From Armatimonadota bacterium (GTDB taxonomy: Bacteria; Armatimonadota; Fimbriimonadia; Fimbriimonadales; GBS-DC): 64,000 nucleotides of DNA. The position numbers and the translations under genes were made by a program. Positions 57,627-64,000 of this stretch are shown here, piece by piece. The notes under the pieces were generated by a model. That model was not told the DNA's origin and did not search any database. It saw nothing but the letters and a program-made list of their open reading frames with translations. Within the stretch, counting starts at the first letter, position 1, and every line of letters starts with the position of its first letter. The stretch is taken from positions 40,486 to 104,485 of the forward strand of contig JBBIJY010000008.1 in the NCBI GenBank assembly GCA_037445735.1. The letters run 5' to 3'.

Positions 57627-58435
57627 TGTCGGCGTAGAACCAGCGATGCAAAAAACAGCCCGCTGGCGAGCAGCACCATCACGGGACCGGTGGGCAGTCG
57701 CCCGTAGAACGCGCTCACCAGCACGCCGCCGATTGCCGTCAGCATCCCGAACAGAACCGATAAGCCCACCATCGCGCTCAGCCGATGCGTCCACAGGCGT
57801 GCCGCTGCTGCCGGGGTGATCATCAGCGCCACCATCAATAACGCGCCCGCGCTCTGCAAGCCCAGCACCACAATCAGCGCGATCAGCCCCATCAGCAGCG
57901 CGTCCAGCACCGCCACGGGCAGCCCCAGCACCTGCGCATAGGCGCGATCAAAGCAGAGCAGGGCGAACTCTTTGAACAGGATGCTGACCACCATCAGGAT
58001 CAGCAAGCAGGCGAGCGTGAGGTGCAGCACCTCATGGGGTAGCAGCGCCGCCGCCTGACCAAACAGGAACCGATCCAGTCCGCTCTGATGCCCGTCGCCC
58101 CAGCGCTGGATGCCCGTCAGCAGCACCATCCCGAACCCGAAAAAGACGGAGAGAGTGATGGCGAGCGCAGCGTCCTCCTTGAGGCGCGAGCGGCGCGTGA
58201 TGACCGACACCGCGCCGATGCCGACCAGACCGCTGACGAACGCGCCCATCAGGAGCCAGCCCATCTGCTTGCCACCCATCAGGTAGGCGAGGCAGACGCC
58301 GGGCAGCGTGGCGTGCGCCAGCGTGTCGCTCAATAACGCCTTGCGACGCAAAAGCGCGAACGCGCCCAGCACGCCACTCGCCGCGCCCAGCACCGTCAAC
58401 CCCATCAGCACCGACAGCGTATTGATGTCCATCAT
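57623..58435 (-). CDS. Mn/Zn/Fe ABC transporter permease (TroC/MntC-like)
   Basis: LRRKALLSDTLAHATLPG, FLFGQAA, PAAAARLWT. Confidence 0.92.
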   Translation of the reverse strand: MMDINTLSVLMGLTVLGAASGVLGAFALLRRKALLSDTLAHATLPGVCLAYLMGGKQMGWLLMGAFVSGLVGIGAVSVITRRSRLKEDAALAITLSVFFGFGMVLLTGIQRWGDGHQSGLDRFLFGQAAALLPHEVLHLTLACLLILMVVSILFKEFALLCFDRAYAQVLGLPVAVLDALLMGLIALIVVLGLQSAGALLMVALMITPAAAARLWTHRLSAMVGLSVLFGMLTAIGGVLVSAFYGRLPTGPVMVLLASGLFFASLVLRRQ

Positions 58436-58441
58436 TATCCC

Positions 58442-58464
58442 GTAGCATGGGCATCCTGCCCATG
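58442..58464 (+). repeat. GTAG-type REP-like element
   Basis: GTAG-CATGGGCA-TCC-TGCCCATG; ATGTCCATCAT direct repeats at 58425-58435 and 58462-58472. Confidence 0.75.
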
Positions 58465-58471
58465 TCCATCA

Positions 58472-59209
58472 TCAGTCCATATCCTGCAGAAACATTAGTT
58501 TGCCGCCGTAGGTGCGCTGAAGGTTCTCGCGCGTCATCACGGCGTCCACCCGCCCCGCCGCAATCAGATGCTCGTTCAGCAGCACCACCTCATCGAAGCA
58601 GTCGCGCACGGTTTGCAAATCGTGATGCACCATCAGCACGAGGCGCCCCTGGTCGCGCAGGTGATGCAGCTGCTCGATAATCACCTGCTCGGTGACGGCG
58701 TCCACGCCCGCGAGCGGCTCATCCAGCAGGTAGACGGGCGCGTTCTGCGCGAGCGCCCGCGCCAGAAACACGCGCTGTTGTTGCCCGCCTGATAGTTCCC
58801 CAATCTGGCGGTGCCAGAGCGATTCCAGTCCAACCTGCCGCAGGCACTCCAGCGCCCAGTCCCGCTCGGCTCTGCCGGGTCGGCGCCCGATGGGCAGACG
58901 GGCATAGGTGCCCATCAGCACCACATCCAGCACATTCACGGGGAAGTCCCACTCCACACTGCCACGCTGAGGCACATAGGCAATCTCGCCACGCGGCTTG
59001 TCCAGTCGTACCCCGTTGAGCCACACTTCGCCAGCGGCTCTGGGCACCAGCCCCAGGATCGCTTTCAGCAGCGTGCTTTTGCCCGCGCCGTTGGGTCCCA
59101 CAACCCCAGTCAGCACGCCCCCATGCACGGTGAGCGTGATGTTATGAATCGCGGGCTTGCCGTTATAGACCACCGTCAGATCACGGATTTCCAGTCGCAT
59201 GGCTCTCAC
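58472..59209 (-). CDS. Metal ABC transporter ATP-binding protein (TroB/MntB-like)
   Basis: GPNGAGKST, YVPQR..WDFP, LSGGQQQR, LDEP, VHHDL. Confidence 0.94.
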   Translation of the reverse strand: MRAMRLEIRDLTVVYNGKPAIHNITLTVHGGVLTGVVGPNGAGKSTLLKAILGLVPRAAGEVWLNGVRLDKPRGEIAYVPQRGSVEWDFPVNVLDVVLMGTYARLPIGRRPGRAERDWALECLRQVGLESLWHRQIGELSGGQQQRVFLARALAQNAPVYLLDEPLAGVDAVTEQVIIEQLHHLRDQGRLVLMVHHDLQTVRDCFDEVVLLNEHLIAAGRVDAVMTRENLQRTYGGKLMFLQDMD

Positions 59210-60123
59210 CTCAGGGCGTTGAGAATGGTGCGCACATTGTGGCGTATCATGCCGATGTAGGTGGCAGCATCGCTATCGGGCGGACCGAGCGCGTCGGAGT
59301 AGAGCGTGCCGCCCAGTCGCACACTGTGCCCCCGCTGTCGGCAGCCCGCTATCACCGCCTGTAGCGCACGGGGCGAGATGCTCGATTCGGCAAAGATGGC
59401 TTTCACGCGTCGCGCCCCAATGAACTCAATCAGTGCCCGCAGGTCGCGCAGCCCATAGTCCGAGAGCGTGCTGATCCCCTGCAGACTGCGCACCTCCAGC
59501 CCGTATGCCTGACCGAAGTAGCCGAACGCATCGTGCGAGGTAATCAGCACGCGCTGGGGCGGCGGAATGAGCTGAATCTGCGCTCGGCACCACCGATGCA
59601 ACGCGATGAGTTGCTGGCGATAGGCGTCGCTGCGAGCGCGGAAGCGCGACTCAAACTGCGGGAACTGCTCACAGAGCGCGTCGGTCGCCGATTGAAGCGC
59701 ATAAACCCAGAGCGAGACATCGTGCCACACATGCGGGTCGGGCTTGCCTTCAGCTTCGGGCGGATAGCGCAACCGCTCAGGCGGAATCGCGCTGGCGACC
59801 GCCACCGTCGGGCGCACGCGCGAGAGCCGTTCCAAAATCAGGCTCATCTTGCCCTCTAAATGAAGCCCGTTATACAGCACGAGCGTCGCCTTCGCCAGCC
59901 GCTGCAGGTCGCCTTCCGTCGGCTTGTAGAGATGCGGGTCGGTGCCCGCTCCCATCAGCGCATAAACGCTCACCTCAGGCTCACCCACATGGCGGGCTAA
60001 GTCCGCCACCATGCCAGTGGTGCAGACCACCAGCGGCTGGCTGCCGATTCGCCGTGCCGTGCAACCGGCGAACGCTGTCAGCGCGGTCGCCAGCGCCGCC
60101 CATTTCGCCCGAAATTTAGGCAT
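59206..60123 (-). CDS. Metal ABC transporter substrate-binding lipoprotein (TroA/MntA-like)
   Basis: Lipobox FAGC, DPHLY, NGLHLEG, DPHVW, SHDAFGYF, LYSDALG. Confidence 0.93.
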   Translation of the reverse strand: MPKFRAKWAALATALTAFAGCTARRIGSQPLVVCTTGMVADLARHVGEPEVSVYALMGAGTDPHLYKPTEGDLQRLAKATLVLYNGLHLEGKMSLILERLSRVRPTVAVASAIPPERLRYPPEAEGKPDPHVWHDVSLWVYALQSATDALCEQFPQFESRFRARSDAYRQQLIALHRWCRAQIQLIPPPQRVLITSHDAFGYFGQAYGLEVRSLQGISTLSDYGLRDLRALIEFIGARRVKAIFAESSISPRALQAVIAGCRQRGHSVRLGGTLYSDALGPPDSDAATYIGMIRHNVRTILNALR

Positions 60124-60136
60124 GCTTAAAATTATG
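60112..60136 (-). promoter_or_regulatory. Putative DtxR/MntR-family operator over the start codon, with -10 CATAAT
   Basis: AT-rich imperfect palindrome AAATTTAGGCATGCTTAAAATT (60112-60133). Confidence 0.65.
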
Positions 60137-60167
60137 GCATGCCCCTCCCGCGCAATGCAACCCCTGC

Positions 60168-60342
60168 GGTGAGGGTGTTCGAAAATTCGCGGGCATCCTA
60201 TCCGCCTGTGTGAAGCCCCCTCAACCGTATCCTCTCCCCCGCGTGCGGGGGAGAGAGGCTTATTTTCTCCCTCTCCCCTCTGGGGAGAGGGTGGGGTGAG
60301 GGGCATCTTTGCCTCTGGTTGGATTTTTCGAACAGCCTCACC
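60168..60342. mobile_element. MITE-like element containing palindromic repeats
   Basis: Terminal inverted repeats 60168-60188 / 60322-60342 (19 of 21 match); right part shared with 678-750. Confidence 0.6.
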
Positions 60343-60369
60343 TCTGCGCTCAGGGGGTACAATCCTGCT

Positions 60370-61611
60370 GTGAATCTGGATTTGCGCGATTTGCAGAAGT
60401 GCATTCACTGCGGATTGTGCTTGCAGGCGTGTCCGACCTTTGTGGAGACGGGTCAGGAGGCGGAGTCGCCGCGCGGGCGCATCTATCTGATGCGGGCGGT
60501 GGTGGATGGCAGGCTGCGCTGGGAGCAGGTGGCGCCCCATCTGGACGCCTGCATGGGCTGTCTGGGCTGTCAGACAGCGTGTCCGTCGGGTGTGCCCTAT
60601 AGCAGGCTAATTGAGGCGGCGCGGGACGAGGTGGAGCGCCATGCGCGAAGCCCCTTCCAGCGCTGGGTGCGTCAGCAGGCGATCCGAGGCTTCACCACGC
60701 CGTGGCGGTTGCAGCTGATGTTGAAGACCGCCCGCTGGCTCCGCCTGAAACGCGCCCCACGCTGGTTCGCTCGCCTGCTCGGTGCGCCGCAGGCGGTGGT
60801 TCGCTTACCCCAGCAGGCGGCGCCGTCCCTCGCGCACTTGCCAGAGCAGATTGCCCCTCAGGGCACGCCAAAAGGGCGTGTCGGGCTACTGCTCGGTTGC
60901 GTGATGCGCGTGCTGTTCCCGCAGGTGCATCGGGCGACGATTGAGGTGCTGACCCACTGTGGGTTCGAAGTGGTGATTCCGCCTCGGCAGGGCTGTTGTG
61001 GCGCGCTCTGGGTGCATAACGGCTATCCCCAGCACGCCCGCAGGCTTGCCCGCCAGCTGTTCCGGGCGTTTCGGGATGTGGACTATATCGCGGTCAATGC
61101 GGCGGGCTGCGGCTCGGTGATGAAGGACTATCCCCTGCTGTTTGCGGGCACGCGCGAGGAGCCTGTAGCGCATGCGTTCAGCCAGCGCGTGCGCGATCTG
61201 AACGAGCTGCTCGCCGGGCTGGAGCTGCCCCCGCTCCAGCCGCTGACGATGCGCCTGACCTATCACGACGCCTGCCATCTGGTACATGCGCAGGGCATTC
61301 GCGAGCAGCCGCGCCAGCTGCTGCGACAGGTGCCAGGCGTCGAACTCATCGAGATGGAGGGCGCCGATATGTGTTGCGGTTCAGCGGGCATCTATAATCT
61401 TTTACAGCCGAAGCTGGCGTCGGCAGCACTTCAGCGCAAGGTCGCGGCGATTCTGGCGACAGGCGCGGAAGCGGTCGTCAGCGCGAACCCGGGCTGCACG
61501 CTCTGGATCGCGCAGGGACTGAGCGAAGCGGGGCATCCGCTACCCCTCTATCACCCGGTGGAGATTCTGGCACGGGCTTGCCACACCCGGTCTGACGATG
61601 GCACGGTATGA
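60370..61611 (+). CDS. glcF: GlcF-like Fe-S oxidoreductase (CCG domains)
   Basis: CIHCGLCLQACPT, SPRGRI, CMGCLGCQTACPSGV, two CCG motifs, YHDACHL; GTG start 6 nt after TACAAT. Confidence 0.88.
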   Translation: MNLDLRDLQKCIHCGLCLQACPTFVETGQEAESPRGRIYLMRAVVDGRLRWEQVAPHLDACMGCLGCQTACPSGVPYSRLIEAARDEVERHARSPFQRWVRQQAIRGFTTPWRLQLMLKTARWLRLKRAPRWFARLLGAPQAVVRLPQQAAPSLAHLPEQIAPQGTPKGRVGLLLGCVMRVLFPQVHRATIEVLTHCGFEVVIPPRQGCCGALWVHNGYPQHARRLARQLFRAFRDVDYIAVNAAGCGSVMKDYPLLFAGTREEPVAHAFSQRVRDLNELLAGLELPPLQPLTMRLTYHDACHLVHAQGIREQPRQLLRQVPGVELIEMEGADMCCGSAGIYNLLQPKLASAALQRKVAAILATGAEAVVSANPGCTLWIAQGLSEAGHPLPLYHPVEILARACHTRSDDGTV

Positions 61612-62149
61612 GCGTGAGCGTGCGCCGCGCTGGTTGCGGCGCTGGTGTCCGAACGAGTATGTGCGTACAGTGGCGGAGATCACGCCCGAATCGCTGCAGG
61701 CACGGGGCATCCGTGCGCTGCTGCTCGATCTGGACAACACGCTGACCCCGTGGCGCAGTCGCGAGGTGCCCCCCGAAGTGGAGGCGTGGGTGCGCCAGAT
61801 GCAGGCAGCCAATATCGCGCTCTGTTTCGTGTCCAACACGCGCAATATGGGTCGCCTGAAGTGGCTCAGTGACCATCTGGGCATTCCCTATGTGCGTGGA
61901 CCGATGAAGCCGCGTCGGGCGATGTTGCGCCGCGCACTGGAGAAGCTGGGCGTGCCGCCGGAACAGGCAGCGATTGTCGGCGACCAGCTCTTCACCGACA
62001 TCTGGGGCGGCAATCGGCTCGGCATCTACACCATCTGGGTTCACCCGATGCACCCGCGCGAGTTCTTCGGCACGAAAATCAGCCGCATGGTGGAACGATG
62101 GATCCTGCGCCGAATCGAGCCGTACCGTCAGTCGGAGCAGCCACGATAG
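61598..62149 (+). CDS. yqeG: YqeG family HAD IIIA phosphatase
   Basis: LDLDNTL, VSN, KP, VGDQLFTDI.GGNRLG. Confidence 0.92.
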   Translation: MARYERERAPRWLRRWCPNEYVRTVAEITPESLQARGIRALLLDLDNTLTPWRSREVPPEVEAWVRQMQAANIALCFVSNTRNMGRLKWLSDHLGIPYVRGPMKPRRAMLRRALEKLGVPPEQAAIVGDQLFTDIWGGNRLGIYTIWVHPMHPREFFGTKISRMVERWILRRIEPYRQSEQPR

Positions 62150-63039
62150 ACGCCGACACGCAGGTGGTGGGCGTGCTGGGCTACCCCGTGCGCCATTCGC
62201 TCTCGCCCGCGATGCACAACGCGGCGTTCCGCCACCTGCGCCTGAACTGGGTCTATCTGGCGTTTGAGGTGCCACCTGAATCGCTTGCGGATGCCCTGCG
62301 CGGAATGCGGGCGCTGGGGCTGCGCGGGCTGAACCTCACCATCCCGCACAAGGAGTCGGCAGTCGCGCTGGTGGACGCGCTCACGCCTTCTGCGCAGCTG
62401 ATTGGCGCGGTGAATACCCTCTTCTGGGATTCGGGGCGGCTGGTGGGCGATAACACCGATGCGGAGGGCTTCCTGCGGGCGTTGCGGGCGGCGGGTTGCG
62501 AGCCAGAAGGCTTGCACGCGCTGGTGCTGGGCGCGGGCGGCTCGGCGCGGGCGATTGTCCATGCGCTGCAGAGCGTCGGCTGCCAGATCACACTTGCCAA
62601 CCGCACGCTGGAACGCGCCCACGCGCTGGCACAGGCGTTCGGGCTGAGCGAAGTGCTGCCCCTCCAGCACGACGCCCTGCTCAAGATTGGGCCCACTGTG
62701 CAGCTGATGGTGAACTGCACCGCGCTGGGGATGGAGCCAGACGCCGACACGATGCCCCCTGTGCCGATCGAGGCGTTGCCTGCCGATGCGTGGGTGTGCG
62801 ATCTGGTCTATCGCCCGCTGCACACGCGCCTGCTCAAATCCGCCCGTCAGCGGGGCTTGCGCACCATCGACGGGCTGGGCATGCTGGTGCATCAGGGCGC
62901 CCTCGCCTTCGAACGCTGGACCGCCCAACCCGCCCCTGTAGAAGTGATGGAGCAGGCAGTGCGGGAGTTATGGGATAGCACGCCGAACACGCAACCCACG
63001 AGGCGTGGCAACAGCGAGCGCCCCAATCAGACTCTTTAA
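62098..63039 (+). CDS. aroE: Shikimate dehydrogenase (start uncertain)
   Basis: GYPVRHSLSPAMHN, NLTIPHKE, GAVNT, NTD, GAGGSA, DLVY.P, DGLGMLVHQG. Confidence 0.95.
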   Translation: MDPAPNRAVPSVGAATIDADTQVVGVLGYPVRHSLSPAMHNAAFRHLRLNWVYLAFEVPPESLADALRGMRALGLRGLNLTIPHKESAVALVDALTPSAQLIGAVNTLFWDSGRLVGDNTDAEGFLRALRAAGCEPEGLHALVLGAGGSARAIVHALQSVGCQITLANRTLERAHALAQAFGLSEVLPLQHDALLKIGPTVQLMVNCTALGMEPDADTMPPVPIEALPADAWVCDLVYRPLHTRLLKSARQRGLRTIDGLGMLVHQGALAFERWTAQPAPVEVMEQAVRELWDSTPNTQPTRRGNSERPNQTL

Positions 63040-63117
63040 TGGAACAGAGGTCAGTACCGAAGCCAGTAGCGATTCATAGGACGCTACACCCTGAACATCA
63101 GGACGCAGCAGGATCAT
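62968..63117 (-). pseudogene. Probable truncated DUF5615-like PIN toxin (C-terminal part only)
   Basis: 49 aa MILLRP..LIGALAVATPRGLRVRR, ATGA overlap with the DUF433 stop; no N-terminal PIN acidic motif. Confidence 0.5.
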
Positions 63118-63356
63118 GCTCCCAAAGGCACGAGCAGTTCTCCCGATCGGATCACCTCTGCAGCGTAAGTCAAGCATGCCTGTATATCCTCGTAGGTGAG
63201 TGAGGGATATTCACGGATAATTTCGTCGGGCGTTAGTCCCTGCGCCAGGCTGCCCAGCACAACAGCCACAGGCACACGCGTACCACGAACGCACGGCTCC
63301 CCGTGATGAATCTCCGGATCAACCACGATACGCTCGCTCCAGCTGACTTTTTGCAT
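63114..63356 (-). CDS. DUF433 family antitoxin
   Basis: RIVVDPEIHHGEPCVRGTRVPV..G.TPDEIIREYPSLT.EDI.ACL.YAA; TATAAT and GGAGG upstream. Confidence 0.92.
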   Translation of the reverse strand: MQKVSWSERIVVDPEIHHGEPCVRGTRVPVAVVLGSLAQGLTPDEIIREYPSLTYEDIQACLTYAAEVIRSGELLVPLGA

Positions 63357-63444
63357 AACTCTCAGCCTCCAAGAGTAATTATACCCCCATACGGGGGGAG
63401 GCTCGGCGGCTCTTTCCTTCCTCAAAGGAGCAAGAATTGACGCC

Positions 63445-63918
63445 TTAGCCCATTCGGATGGACCAATCGTAGGGGATTTCAGGGGTGTTGTAGGGCAGGC
63501 GGAACTCGTCGGGACGCTCCCGGTTATACGGCTCCGTCGGAAAGTTAATCAGCAGCGACGGCTCCACGCCGATGGTCTTATAACCGTGCGCCACCAGCGG
63601 CGGAATGACCAGCAAAATCGGGTTCTGCTCCCCCATAAAGAACTCGTTGATCAGCCCGTAAGTGGGCGATTCGGGGCGACGGTCATACAGCACCGCCTTG
63701 ATCATGCCTTTCACCACCACCCAGTAGTCGGTCTGCTTCTCGTGCCAGTGCCAGGCGCGGATCACGCCGGGGTAGTTCAGCGATACATAGGCTTGCCCGA
63801 ACTTCTGGAAGATGGGGTCGTCCGCGCGCAGCATCTCCATCAGGAAGCCGCGCTCATCGGCGTGCGGTGTCAGCCGCTTAATTTGCACGCCCGCGATCAA
63901 CCGCTCCACTTCCGCCAT
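63445..63918 (-). CDS. dTDP-4-dehydrorhamnose 3,5-epimerase family (RmlC-like cupin)
   Basis: DERGFLME, PGVIRAWHWH, YDRRPESPTYG, IPP.VAHG, IPYDW. Confidence 0.88.
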   Translation of the reverse strand: MAEVERLIAGVQIKRLTPHADERGFLMEMLRADDPIFQKFGQAYVSLNYPGVIRAWHWHEKQTDYWVVVKGMIKAVLYDRRPESPTYGLINEFFMGEQNPILLVIPPLVAHGYKTIGVEPSLLINFPTEPYNRERPDEFRLPYNTPEIPYDWSIRMG

Positions 63919-64000
63919 CGACCCGCTGAATCATACCTAACGACAGCAGGATTCCCGGCGCCGTGCGCGTATTCTCCTGTCGCTCGCATCGCCCGAAACA

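Noticed and set aside
58032-58472. 146-aa ORF as a real gene
   Set aside because: Out-of-frame overlap with the permease, created by the duplicated start region

Overview
GC-rich bacterial chromosomal window with about 58 densely packed CDS and no rRNA, tRNA, CRISPR array, integrase or transposase that I could find. The paralog types ([28 protein letters not shown] prepilins, secreted proteins with a dockerin-like tail ending in GC) suggest an Armatimonadota/Fimbriimonadia-like organism; this is inference. Housekeeping genes: metG, aroF, pntAB, psd, ftsY, lipA, TamB-like, pdp, gnd, gmk, troABCD-like, aroE. Accessory content: toxin-antitoxin-like pairs, Uma2 and HNH nucleases, secreted glycan-related proteins. 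Main observations: (1) a candidate sugar-responsive surface module, in which a prepilin/H-X9-DG gene and a distant secreted dockerin-tailed gene share a near-identical promoter and a TTGAA(G/A)CGCTTCAA LacI-type palindrome; (2) a family of C/G-rich palindromic repeats that fills intergenic gaps and also sits in frame inside two enzyme ORFs, read from opposite strands; (3) a recurring GCAGGA-N17-GAAT SigH-like promoter and many apparently leaderless genes; (4) gene remnants and REP/MITE-like elements, one of which is flanked by a duplicated start-codon region. All product calls come from motif recognition by eye, not database searches.
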